This document shows positions 19,784 through 30,162 of a DNA stretch of 64,000 nucleotides, piece after piece (positions within the stretch are counted from its first letter, which is position 1; each line of letters starts with the position of its first letter). The DNA is from a virus. Its lineage: Duplodnaviria; Caudoviricetes. The notes below the pieces were generated by a model. It had not been told where the DNA came from and made no database searches. It saw only the letters and a list, made by a program, of their open reading frames with translations. The position numbers were made by a program, and so were the translations under genes. The stretch is taken from the IMG/VR virus record IMGVR_UViG_3300028833_000087, positions 1 to 64,000 of that record; one strand, written 5' to 3'.

Positions 19784-19829
19784 ATTATATACTATATAAA
19801 GGAACCAGGCATCAGTCTGGTTCCTTTTT
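19783..19829 (+). promoter_or_regulatory. class-1 promoter overlapping a terminator-like hairpin
   Basis: AATTATATACTATATAAAGG; hairpin 19798-19827. Confidence 0.55.
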
Positions 19830-19845
19830 AATCAAGGAGGCAAAA

Positions 19846-20532
19846 ATGGAATTGAAATTGCCTGAATTTAATATTAAAAGATGTGTATATAATGGTCAAA
19901 CTATGGATATTCTTGATTATAAAAGTTATGGAGAAAATCCTGAATTAGCTAGAACAGCTCCTGGCAGTACTGTTATAGAAATGACAACTGAATCTGGTAA
20001 AGATATAGTATTACCTTATAAAGGTAAACGACCTATTTCTGAAACTGTTCCTGGTATTTATGACTGTGGTCCAATGGATGTAGTCATAATGCCAAAGGAA
20101 GAATTTGAAAATGACTATATTCCCAACGATGTTGTTATTTTTAATAGCAAAGACGGAATCAAGAATATCCAAGATAAACAAGATAAGCTAGCTAAGTTAA
20201 CTGAACCATGGATTGTAAACTCTGATAATATTACAGTGGTTGGAATTGAAGATACTAATCAGCCTGAGATGGTAGGATTAAAGACAGCTATAAATGAAAA
20301 ACAAATCGATCTCGATAAATATGCATCGAGATTTGGTGAAAATTTTCCTAATGATAAACGACAGCTTAAAAATGATTCTTTAACTTTGAAAATTCTTAAA
20401 AGGTTTTGTACTAATCTGGATATTGAAGCTGAATTGGTTTTCAGAGACAAGAATCCGAATGTTCCTAATCCTATTAATAGAGAAATTGTAGTATCTTTAA
20501 CAGAAAACTATGAAGATGATGAAGAGGGATAA
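19846..20532 (+). CDS. hypothetical protein with possible C-terminal XRE/Cro-like HTH
   Basis: LKTAINEKQIDLDKYASRFG...LTLKILKRFCTNLDIE. Confidence 0.55.
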   Translation: MELKLPEFNIKRCVYNGQTMDILDYKSYGENPELARTAPGSTVIEMTTESGKDIVLPYKGKRPISETVPGIYDCGPMDVVIMPKEEFENDYIPNDVVIFNSKDGIKNIQDKQDKLAKLTEPWIVNSDNITVVGIEDTNQPEMVGLKTAINEKQIDLDKYASRFGENFPNDKRQLKNDSLTLKILKRFCTNLDIEAELVFRDKNPNVPNPINREIVVSLTENYEDDEEG

Positions 20533-20537
20533 CAACC

Positions 20538-22355
20538 ATGGAACAATTGACACAAGCAGCTCTAATGAGAGAATTTAACGATAAGACAAGAGAACAGTTT
20601 AATCCTGAATTGTTCGAAAGAGATACTCATGATATTGTAGACTCTATATATAATATCGTTAAATCTTGTGAAAGAGATAGATATTTCACTTTAAAACTTA
20701 CAAATTTTGAAGTGATAGAAAATTATACAGATATTATAAATGCTTTAAGAAAGCATGAAGATGATCATAAGAAAAAGAATGATAAATCTCCGAATACATA
20801 TGACTTTATTCAGATAAAAGATACAGATGTAATGCTTATAAAACTTAATTGGTTTATTAGGCATAATGATATGGAAAGACAAGAAATTGATGGTAAGACT
20901 GTAGAAGTTATAAATCCATCTACAAATCTTGAAGTACTTATTGCTGTTCCTAGATTTATGAGGAAATATTATTTCAAGATTTCGGGTAACTATTATTCAG
21001 CAGTATTTCAGATTGTTGATGGTAGTACTTATAATAATAGCACTTCATCTCAGTCGAAAGTGGATACAGTTACCACAAAAACAATGTTTACACCTATAAG
21101 AGTATTTCGTGGATTTACTGAAATGAAAGATCTTGTAACGGGTTGTACTCTTAAAGTTATAGAATATAGTACAATTATTTTTAATAATTCCGTAAATGCT
21201 ATATATTACATGCTTGCTAATATGGGATTATATGGAGTATTTGATTTCTTAGATATTCATTGTGTTTATCTTACAAATCATATGGTTGAAGATCCTGGTT
21301 ATGTATGTTTCCAAAAACATAATATTTTTATCAGCACTCCGGTATATGCATTTGCTGAACCAATGGTACAATCTTTGTTAAGTACTCTCTATAGAGCTAT
21401 CGGAAAGGATACAACTATTAATGAATTATTCGATATTAGATATTGGATAAAGAGTTTAGGTGGTGCCTTTAAGAATGCTTCTATAGATAAAGGATTATTT
21501 GTATTGGATTCTATAGACGGTACTTATGATAATATTACAAAAAGAGATCTGCATCTTCCTGAAGAAGATAAAGCTGATATTTTCTGTCTATTAAGATGGA
21601 TACTCAGAGAATTTTCTGCTCTTAGAGCAAAGGAAAATGTAGATGTAAGAACTAAGCGTATTCGTATTGCTGATTATATTGGTCAGTGTTATGCCACAAG
21701 ATTGAATAAAGGTATGTATAGAATATCAGATCTTGGAAGAAGAGTAACTTTAGCGAAGGTAGTACAGGCCGTATATACTCAACCAATGTTTTTGATAAAT
21801 TCTATATCTACAATGAGCAATCTTATCTCTTATAGAGACAAAGTAAACGATAATGATGCATCGAGTGCATTGAAATTTACTTACAAAGGTATATCAGGTT
21901 TAGGAGAAGATGGCGGCAGTATTCAAGATATCTATAGATATGTAGATCCTACACATATAGGTATATTGGATCTTGATTCTAGTTCAAATTCTGATCCAGG
22001 AATGTCTGGTATGTTATGTCCTATGGCTAAATTGTACCATGATAATTCTTTCTCTGATTATGAAGAACCTAATAGTTGGAGAGAAAACTGGAAAGCAACA
22101 AAAGATAAGTTTTATAAAGGATTAGAACAGCCAGTAAAAATCGTAGATCCTGATAAAGAAGTTAATCCTTATAAAGATTTAAGAAATAATATTATTCAAA
22201 ATGAATTGGCTATAAATAAGCTGGAATGCCCAATTATGTTTACTGATCTTGAAATAATTCATAATCAGGAAATTGATTGGTCAGAGGATTCAGAAATAAA
22301 TAATAGTATTTTCAAATCAGTAGAGGAATCTGTTAAGTTAAAAGAAGAAGATTAA
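20538..22355 (+). CDS. RNA polymerase beta-like subunit, N-terminal half (probably non-virion RNAP)
   Basis: FKISGNYYSAVFQ, KRIR, GISGL, YRYVDPTHIGILD..SS.SDPG (cf. RDVHPTHYGR.CP.ETPEG). Confidence 0.85.
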   Translation: MEQLTQAALMREFNDKTREQFNPELFERDTHDIVDSIYNIVKSCERDRYFTLKLTNFEVIENYTDIINALRKHEDDHKKKNDKSPNTYDFIQIKDTDVMLIKLNWFIRHNDMERQEIDGKTVEVINPSTNLEVLIAVPRFMRKYYFKISGNYYSAVFQIVDGSTYNNSTSSQSKVDTVTTKTMFTPIRVFRGFTEMKDLVTGCTLKVIEYSTIIFNNSVNAIYYMLANMGLYGVFDFLDIHCVYLTNHMVEDPGYVCFQKHNIFISTPVYAFAEPMVQSLLSTLYRAIGKDTTINELFDIRYWIKSLGGAFKNASIDKGLFVLDSIDGTYDNITKRDLHLPEEDKADIFCLLRWILREFSALRAKENVDVRTKRIRIADYIGQCYATRLNKGMYRISDLGRRVTLAKVVQAVYTQPMFLINSISTMSNLISYRDKVNDNDASSALKFTYKGISGLGEDGGSIQDIYRYVDPTHIGILDLDSSSNSDPGMSGMLCPMAKLYHDNSFSDYEEPNSWRENWKATKDKFYKGLEQPVKIVDPDKEVNPYKDLRNNIIQNELAINKLECPIMFTDLEIIHNQEIDWSEDSEINNSIFKSVEESVKLKEED

Positions 22356-22361
22356 TATTAT

Positions 22362-22387
22362 AGCCTAGGGATTTTATTCCCTAGGCT
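22362..22387 (+). terminator. intrinsic terminator
   Basis: AGCCTAGGGA/TCCCTAGGCT stem. Confidence 0.7.
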
Positions 22388-22408
22388 TATTATTTGAGGA
22401 GAAAAGTT

Positions 22409-22540
22409 ATGAATAAATCTAAGATGAATATTAAGCCCAGAACATCAAATTATTGCGTTTCTAATAAACCGAAGAAAGTAAATAAAACTATTGTTATTTC
22501 CTCTGCTAATAGAAAAATTTATAAGGAGATATTAAAATGA
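22409..22540 (+). CDS. 43-aa basic protein (absent from the ORF track)
   Basis: GAGGAG RBS; stop overlaps next start (ATGA). Confidence 0.6.
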   Translation: MNKSKMNIKPRTSNYCVSNKPKKVNKTIVISSANRKIYKEILK

Positions 22541-22776
22541 AAAAGACAGATTATGTATATTTTTTCTACTCTGATGAGCAAATCAAAGAGAAGAATGAAA
22601 TATTAAAAAGTTCTAGTAAAAAATTTGTAGAAGGAGTAGTTGTTGTAAATGGTAAAAGGCAAAAATACTCCCAGTTAACTACAAATAAAAATGCTATGTC
22701 TAGGTATGTTGATGCATATGTAGTATGCGAAGGTATATTAGGTGATCAGACATATACATTACCGGAAGAAACCTAA
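22537..22776 (+). CDS. hypothetical protein
   Basis: 79 aa, AAGGAG RBS. Confidence 0.8.
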   Translation: MKKTDYVYFFYSDEQIKEKNEILKSSSKKFVEGVVVVNGKRQKYSQLTTNKNAMSRYVDAYVVCEGILGDQTYTLPEET

Positions 22777-22788
22777 GGAGATATAATC

Positions 22789-23652
22789 ATGGCACTTGTA
22801 TTTGATATATCTGATTCAAACCAAATTTTTAATTGGTCAGATACTATAGATATAGAGCAGGCATTCTCTAATGCTTATATCAGATTATATAAATGCGATT
22901 TATTAGCATCATTATTATCTGGAAACGATAAATTACAGATGAGTGATTTTAGAAAAATAAATCGTTTATCTGTAGAAGAGGAAGTTACTCTTAAATTAAT
23001 GAATCTGACCGATGATCAAATAATAAAAATAAGAAATGATTCAATACAGTGTGAAAATTTTAGATTATTACCGTTAGGTATATCAAGAAATATGCCATCT
23101 CCAATAATGACGTATAAATATGGAGAAGAAACATTAACTTCAGTATTTTTATATTCAGATACAGATGATTATAATAAAGAATCAGAAATAATAAATATTA
23201 ATAGGACTAATGCTACTATATTTAATTTGATAGAAAATATCATTACATTTTATTTATCAGAGCATTACAATATTCCTATAAGTACAGATGCTACAAATAT
23301 ATGTATGAATAGATCAGTTACAATATCTGATTGTAAATTCATATTATATTACTATTATTATTTACTCTATACTTTATCATCTTATCTCTCTAAAAATAGC
23401 ATTATGCAAATATTTGAATATAGAATAAATAATTCAGATAATGGTCATGCTATTATACCTGGTAAAGAAGTAATAGAAAAAATACTTAATATGATATATG
23501 AAACTGATAGGTTGGAGATATCAAGAGATAGAGAAGTAGAATTGATAATAGATATTTATAATAGTTGCAATTTATTATCAGATATAATAGACGAGTATGA
23601 ATTATCTTTGTTTGACTATGAAGTTGAAGGGAGCGATCAAAATAATGATTAA
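22789..23652 (+). CDS. hypothetical protein
   Basis: 287 aa, AAGGAG RBS. Confidence 0.8.
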   Translation: MALVFDISDSNQIFNWSDTIDIEQAFSNAYIRLYKCDLLASLLSGNDKLQMSDFRKINRLSVEEEVTLKLMNLTDDQIIKIRNDSIQCENFRLLPLGISRNMPSPIMTYKYGEETLTSVFLYSDTDDYNKESEIININRTNATIFNLIENIITFYLSEHYNIPISTDATNICMNRSVTISDCKFILYYYYYLLYTLSSYLSKNSIMQIFEYRINNSDNGHAIIPGKEVIEKILNMIYETDRLEISRDREVELIIDIYNSCNLLSDIIDEYELSLFDYEVEGSDQNND

Positions 23653-23962
23653 ACTCGGAGTAGATCTAAATTTTGAAATACAGCCTATCGAATATCCTAT
23701 AACAATTATAGGAGAAAATATTTGTCTTCATTGTGGATCTTCTGGATCTCTGCGAACGGTAAATATCTTCGGTAAGCCTGATCCCACAGGAATAAGACCT
23801 TTTTCTCATATCGAATGCAATTGCTGTGGAAGAATATTTTCTATCAAATGGACGCAAACAAGTGACGGAAAAATGATTCCAGTAGCAATTAGTCCATCAG
23901 TAAAAAATGAAATATTAAATTTGTTTGGTGACAAATCAAACAAAGAAAATACATTAATGTGA
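23645..23962 (+). CDS. Zn-ribbon protein
   Basis: CLHC...CNCC. Confidence 0.7.
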   Translation: MIKLGVDLNFEIQPIEYPITIIGENICLHCGSSGSLRTVNIFGKPDPTGIRPFSHIECNCCGRIFSIKWTQTSDGKMIPVAISPSVKNEILNLFGDKSNKENTLM

Positions 23963-23973
23963 GGGTGAATACA

Positions 23974-24231
23974 ATGGCTAAATCAACCAATAAAATTTTA
24001 AAAGATAATGCTAAATATTTTCTTGAATCAAAAGATAAGAAAGAAAAGAGATGGCAGAAAACTCCTACAAGAGAAGAAATTAATGATGCTAATTACAGGG
24101 CTGATTTAGCCAAACATCCTGTAGTAATAAGCGAAAAAGGTGACAAATTAGTACCTATTAAACAGATTTATGAAAAGAATAAAGCCGAAGCTAAGAAAGA
24201 ACTTTTAAAAGACGCGTTGGTTAAAAGATAA
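23974..24231 (+). CDS. hypothetical basic protein
   Basis: GAGGGTG RBS before ATG 23974. Confidence 0.7.
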   Translation: MAKSTNKILKDNAKYFLESKDKKEKRWQKTPTREEINDANYRADLAKHPVVISEKGDKLVPIKQIYEKNKAEAKKELLKDALVKR

Positions 24232-24266
24232 ACCCTAAAGGACTTCTCTATAAAAAGGAGATAATC

Positions 24267-26975
24267 ATGAGATATACTTTTGCATCTTTTACAGGATATG
24301 CAGGTTTCTTTCATGGTTTGGGTTTAAGAACTTTTGAGATAGACTTTACCAGATGCATATCCAATATAGTACTTATCGTTGGAAAGAATGCATCTGGTAA
24401 GTCTACCTTAATGAATTCATTAAACCTATTCCCTGATCCTTCTTTAAATTTTTTATCTGATATGGATGCTGAGAAGAAATTATCTTTATTTGATAATGGT
24501 AATACATATAATATTCAAATACAATCTCCATTAGACGGAAAAGGCGCTCGGAAGGTAACGAAAGCTTTTATACAGAAAAATGGATTAGAGCTTAATCCTA
24601 ATGGAAATGTAAGTTCATATAAAGATATTATTTTCTCTGAATTTGATCTGGATTCAAATTTCATATCTTTATCAAAATTATCATCTAATGATAGGGGTTT
24701 AGGAGATAAAACACCTGCAGAAAGAAAGAAATTTGTTGCTAATATTATTGAAAATCTTGAAGTATACAATAATATTTATAAGACTTTGAATAAGAAATCT
24801 CTTATTTTTAAATCTCATATAAATACTTTGTCTACCAAGATTCAAAGTACTGGCAATATTGAAGTTATAAATTCTACTTTAGTTAATCTAAAGAGACAAG
24901 AAGATGAAATAAATAAAGCTATTCTTGATTTAAATAATAGAATAGTTGCTATACAAGCAAAAAATTCTATAAATGAACAAGAAGCAAAAGAAATTCAAGA
25001 TGCTAATAATTCTAGAGAAAATTTATTAAATCTTATTACAGATACAAAAACTAATATAGATATTATTTGTAATAAGAATAAAATAAAAATATCAGAAATA
25101 GATAAATTATTAGCCGAAAGTATTGAATTATCTGAATATTATAAAGAGCAATATACTTCGAATAAAATATTATGGACAGAAAAATCTAATAGATTATCTG
25201 AAATACAGAATTCTATAAATAATTTTACTGCAGAATTAGAAAAGTATAAAGAAAATACTAAAAATTCTGTAAACGATTTACTAGATAAATCTAATAAAAA
25301 TCTCAAAGAGATTAAATCTGAACTCAAAGAGCTCAAAATTGATTATTCTGATCCAAATGCTATTTTGTCTAAGATACAAATGGCGAGAATTGAGTTTGAG
25401 TCGTTTATAAAATTTATAGACTATTTATACGGATTTGCTACTCCATCAATGCTTGAGTTTATTTGTAGTGAAGATACAGATTTGCAGATCAAAAATATAA
25501 ATGATAACTTTGCTAATTTGGAGTCTACTATATCTAATAATTGGGATAAGATGAAAGAAATAGAATCACAGATGAAATCCCTATCAACCTTAGAAAATAG
25601 ACCTACTAAATGTAAAGTTGACGATTGTCCTTTTATATCTGAAGCATTAAAAGTCAAAGCTATAATTAAAGATAGAGATCTTATTGCTGAATTTGAAAAA
25701 TTAGAATCAAAAACTAATGAATTGTCTAATCAACTTCAAAAATGTAATGATTCTATAACATCTATAAATTCCTATCTTCCAATGAAAGCTAAACTGGATG
25801 CTGCTTTGCAATCTATTTCTAAAGTATCTTCATTTAAATCTTTGGTACCATCATATTTAGAAGATAAAAATACTGTTATAGAAATGATAAAGAATATGAA
25901 TTATTTTAATGATATGAGAACTTTGGAAAAACTTGATAGAATTTTCGAATTAATCACAGTTCTTATTTCAGAAACTGATAATAATAAATATCTTCAGGTA
26001 GAATTTAAAAGATATACAGATAATGTAAATATGCTTAATTCTACAAATAATATGATAGGTAAACTTAAAGAAGAATATAACGGCTTATTGAATGATATTT
26101 CGACTTATAAAAACGAGTATAATAAAAATGAGCAATTATATAATGAAATAGTACCAAAGATAGAGGTTTATAAAAATCTTATTGATTTATTGAATAAGAA
26201 GAAAGATCTCGAAGTACAGTTAGAATCAGTTGACAAAATATTAAAGAACTATCAAGACAAAGCTGATGTAGCTGCTTCAATGGTAATAAAGATACAAGAA
26301 TATAATAATAGTATAGAAGGATATAAACAAACATTATCTTCTACACAAAGAGAAATTTCAGAGTTAAATGGACGACTTATATTATTAAATTCTTATTATG
26401 AAGAATATAATAAATATAATGATAAATATAATCTCATAGAAACTATTAAGAAATATTGTTCACCTACAGGTGGTGGTATTCAGACAGTATTTATGCAGTT
26501 ATATATGTCTAAAACTCTGGAATTATCAAATCAATTATTAGGTATGCTATTCCAAGGAGAATATAAACTTCTAGATTTCATTATCAATGAGAATGAATTT
26601 AGAATACCTTTTATGGATTCTTCAGGATTACCTATAGAAGATGTAGCATTTGGTTCTAATGCTCAAGTATCTATGATTGGTTTGGTAATAAATCTTGTAT
26701 TACTTTATCAGGCTAGCTCTCATTATAACATTGCAAGATTAGATGAAATTGGATCTTCTTGTGATAGCTATAATAGATCTCAGTATATCCAAGTATTAAA
26801 TGCTGTAATAAATATATTACATATGGATCAATTGTTTGTAATCTCTCATGATATAGATTTAGACAATACTATGTGTGATATTATAAAGCTCAAAGGATAT
26901 GATGGTTTTGATAATAGTTCTTTGCAAGGTAATGTAATATTTGATTATGATGAAATTATTAAAGGAGGTAACTAA
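24267..26975 (+). CDS. sbcC: SbcC/Rad50-like SMC ATPase
   Basis: GKNASGKST, long coiled coil, central CKVDDCP hook, RLDE, VISH. Confidence 0.88.
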   Translation: MRYTFASFTGYAGFFHGLGLRTFEIDFTRCISNIVLIVGKNASGKSTLMNSLNLFPDPSLNFLSDMDAEKKLSLFDNGNTYNIQIQSPLDGKGARKVTKAFIQKNGLELNPNGNVSSYKDIIFSEFDLDSNFISLSKLSSNDRGLGDKTPAERKKFVANIIENLEVYNNIYKTLNKKSLIFKSHINTLSTKIQSTGNIEVINSTLVNLKRQEDEINKAILDLNNRIVAIQAKNSINEQEAKEIQDANNSRENLLNLITDTKTNIDIICNKNKIKISEIDKLLAESIELSEYYKEQYTSNKILWTEKSNRLSEIQNSINNFTAELEKYKENTKNSVNDLLDKSNKNLKEIKSELKELKIDYSDPNAILSKIQMARIEFESFIKFIDYLYGFATPSMLEFICSEDTDLQIKNINDNFANLESTISNNWDKMKEIESQMKSLSTLENRPTKCKVDDCPFISEALKVKAIIKDRDLIAEFEKLESKTNELSNQLQKCNDSITSINSYLPMKAKLDAALQSISKVSSFKSLVPSYLEDKNTVIEMIKNMNYFNDMRTLEKLDRIFELITVLISETDNNKYLQVEFKRYTDNVNMLNSTNNMIGKLKEEYNGLLNDISTYKNEYNKNEQLYNEIVPKIEVYKNLIDLLNKKKDLEVQLESVDKILKNYQDKADVAASMVIKIQEYNNSIEGYKQTLSSTQREISELNGRLILLNSYYEEYNKYNDKYNLIETIKKYCSPTGGGIQTVFMQLYMSKTLELSNQLLGMLFQGEYKLLDFIINENEFRIPFMDSSGLPIEDVAFGSNAQVSMIGLVINLVLLYQASSHYNIARLDEIGSSCDSYNRSQYIQVLNAVINILHMDQLFVISHDIDLDNTMCDIIKLKGYDGFDNSSLQGNVIFDYDEIIKGGN

Positions 26976-26976
26976 A

Positions 26977-27270
26977 ATGACTGAAGAGAATAAAGCTAAG
27001 GTCAAAGGTATCAATGAAAGAATTGATCGTTTAAAAGAACTTATCAAGAATTGTTATAACAATTCAGAACGAGCAAGACTTGATAATGAGATCAAAAAAT
27101 GTAGAGAAGAAATAGCTTCTATCAAAGATTTAGACAAGAAGCCAATGAAAACTGTAACCAGAATTGATGATCCTACAGTTCTTGAAAGAAAAAATCGTAA
27201 TAATGCTGTCAATGTTGGTACAGGCAGTATAAAGAAATTAGGTGGCGGTAATTTCTCTATTTCTCTGTAA
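26977..27270 (+). CDS. hypothetical coiled-coil protein
   Basis: AAGGAGG RBS before ATG 26977. Confidence 0.75.
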   Translation: MTEENKAKVKGINERIDRLKELIKNCYNNSERARLDNEIKKCREEIASIKDLDKKPMKTVTRIDDPTVLERKNRNNAVNVGTGSIKKLGGGNFSISL

Positions 27271-27369
27271 TACATTGGTAAGTCAACAAACCGCTCAGAA
27301 GGATAATATCTCAAGGAGGGCATAAAACTTTTAAATCTACGAAATAAAGATTTAAGTAGAGCCAATTAA

Positions 27370-27399
27370 TATCCTCTACGGAGAAATCCGTAGAGGATA
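27370..27399. terminator. bidirectional terminator between convergent genes
   Basis: 13-bp stem, GAAA loop. Confidence 0.8.
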
Positions 27400-27403
27400 A
27401 TTT

Positions 27404-28546
27404 TTAATACATATTGTTTACTTTGTTCTCATTAATAATTACTAGCGGGAATGTCTGATTAAGATTCTGGTTCTTTGCTATCATATGATCTCTATCTACC
27501 GTTGTATCTTCAACAATATTTAAATCATATGTAGGCATATTAGGAATAATTTCACCAGTAGTTACATTCATGTATTGGAAGAATTTATTTCCTGTAGCAT
27601 CATCAAATACAAGAACTTGCTGTATAGCAGGATTATCTTCATACATCCAAGAATTCTGTTCAGGTGTAAGATTGGACTTATAATTCATATAGGAAACATC
27701 TACAGGCATATTACCTTGCATTTCCATAGGAGTTGTTGCTCTTACCACACCAGATCCAAACATAGCCACATCTACAGGAGAATAGCTTGGTTGAGCAGGA
27801 TTCATCATAGGATTATTTACAAAAGATCTATACATGTCAGCTACATACTTATCATCGTTCATATCAGCTTGAGCTGCTTTAATATCTTTCATCTTCTTAT
27901 AATCCATTTCATTAGATTTAGAAATGGAGTTGTTAATTTCTTTGATGATAGATACTTTAGTATTAAGCAATGTAGCCACATTTTCAGATATACCAACCAA
28001 AACATTATACTTATTCTTCATAGTACGATTATGCTTTACATTGGTAAACTCTTGCATTAATTCTGCATTAAGAGAATCAGTTTGTCCAAGAGTAGTACGA
28101 AGCATATTCGTGGTTTCCGCATAAGTATAAGCAGTAGGCATTTCTACAATATCATTTGCAGGATTATTATCTGGCGACAATGTATCTGAAATTGCTACTT
28201 CGGTTGATTCTTTCCTCTTCTTTGCCTTTTTAGCTTTAACTTCTTCTCTTTCCATGTCAGGAATATCTCTATCAATTTTTATTGTAGTAGAACTAGAACC
28301 TGACATAGGTGGTTTAAAATGAAATTTACCATCATTTGAAGAAGAAGTTTTGATCTTAGGTGTTTCAAATGCTCTAGGATCAATCATTTGCTGTTTAACA
28401 GCTTGAGGAATTTGCTCTGCATTTGTAAATGGATTTTGCCCTACAGGATATTGTACCTGAGGAGTACTAAATACAGGTTGAGCACCTAATGGTACAGGAG
28501 CATATTGTCCAGCATAAGGTGAATTTACAGGTTCAAAAGTACTCAT
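27404..28546 (-). CDS. hypothetical protein (P/Q-rich N-terminus, coiled-coil middle)
   Basis: 380 aa; AAGGAGG RBS; ACA-N6-TAAT at 28576-28588. Confidence 0.8.
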   Translation of the reverse strand: MSTFEPVNSPYAGQYAPVPLGAQPVFSTPQVQYPVGQNPFTNAEQIPQAVKQQMIDPRAFETPKIKTSSSNDGKFHFKPPMSGSSSTTIKIDRDIPDMEREEVKAKKAKKRKESTEVAISDTLSPDNNPANDIVEMPTAYTYAETTNMLRTTLGQTDSLNAELMQEFTNVKHNRTMKNKYNVLVGISENVATLLNTKVSIIKEINNSISKSNEMDYKKMKDIKAAQADMNDDKYVADMYRSFVNNPMMNPAQPSYSPVDVAMFGSGVVRATTPMEMQGNMPVDVSYMNYKSNLTPEQNSWMYEDNPAIQQVLVFDDATGNKFFQYMNVTTGEIIPNMPTYDLNIVEDTTVDRDHMIAKNQNLNQTFPLVIINENKVNNMY

Positions 28547-28641
28547 AAATTTGTACCTCCTTTTATTATATTTTGATTAATATTTTGTAGATGATTTGGA
28601 TATTTACAATAGCTAAAACAGTAGGTTAAGGAGGATTCATT

Positions 28642-30162
28642 ATGATTCCAGAACTATTACAAAGGTATCCAATAGGATCAGATATCACAATTATGAATAC
28701 TTATTATCAAAGACCAATTTGGGAAGATGGTAAGAAAATATGTGATGATTTTATTGTTTTGGTATTTAAAGAAAACAAAACAGGAATAAAAAGAAGAGCT
28801 ATATTAAAGAAGCCTAATTATACATATTATATGTCTAAGCCTGGAACAGAATTAGATTATTGTCAGTTATATGTAGATAAAAATCTTGTAGATGAAATTA
28901 ATGTTCCGTTTACTGATTTGCTTAAAGATATAGCAGAAAGAACTGATAATAAAGAATTTTGGAAAAATAATATTCAGAGCAGAAATAAAGAAGCAAATGA
29001 AGAATTACATAAACAACCAAATGTATTCTTTTCTGATGTAAATATTGAAGATCATTATAGATTTAAGTTTGCGATGAATTATACAAATAATATCACCAAG
29101 CTTAATAAGGGATTTTTCGATATTGAAACTGATATTATAGATTGTCCGACAGATTTTCCTGAGAAAGGTAATTGTCCTGTAAATGCAGTTACGTTCTTGG
29201 ATGAAAAATCTGATACATCTTATACTTTCTTATTAAGAGATCCAAGAAATCCGTTGATACAGAAGTTTGAAGATAAGATAGCTTCAGGTCAATTTAATCT
29301 TGATACAATAAGAAAGTTTGTAGAAGAGCATACAAGAGATAAAAAAGGAAAATCTCAATTAAAGAAGTTTGGTTTAGAGAATACAGATTATAAGATTAAG
29401 TTTTATGATGATGAGTTACAATTATTAAAAGAATTATTTGCTACAATGCATGCATGTAGTCCTGATTTTATTGAGGGTTGGAACTCATCTGCATTCGACT
29501 TACAGTTTATAATTGATAGATGTTATATGTTGGGAGAAGATCCAGTAAATGTTTTATGCGATCAATCTTGGCCTGTAAAAGTAGTGCGTAATTATGTAGA
29601 TATGAAGAACTATAGTAATCTTCCAGAAAGAGGAGATTATACTTTTATATCAGGATTACCAGTATTTATAGATCAAGAGATTCAATATGCATCTAGAAGA
29701 AAATCTAAATATGGATCTATTAATAGTTTCAAGTTAGATGATACAGCTTGGAGAGAAGCTCAGATTCATAAATTAGATTATCATCATATTACAAATGATT
29801 TGGGTAAACTTCCTAGATTAGATTATGAAACATTTGTTTTATATAATATCATGGACGTTATTGCTCAGAAAGCTATTGAGAAAAAGACTCAGGATCTTGA
29901 ATATATATTTGCTAAATGTGTTGTAAATAATACAGTATATAGGAAAGGTCACAGACAGTCTGTATATCTTATAAATCGTATGGCATCTGATTGGTATAAG
30001 AAGGGCTATATTATTGGCAATAATATAAATAGAGCTGCTAAGAAGAAACCTCCTAGATTCCCTGGTGCAATGGTTGGCGAACCTACAAGGACTAATGATT
30101 ATGCTAAACATAAGATAGATGGTCGAATGATATGGATATGCGATAACCTACAGGACTACGAT
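28642..30162 (+). CDS. family B DNA polymerase (N-terminal polypeptide), exon 1
   Basis: ExoI DIETD, ExoII WNSSAFD, ExoIII YNIMD, PGAMV; ends at DYD. Confidence 0.88.

Noticed and set aside
27271-27369. Weakly structured 100-nt intergenic region with an orphan AAGGAGG
   Set aside because: No start codon, no promoter motif, only short AT-rich stems
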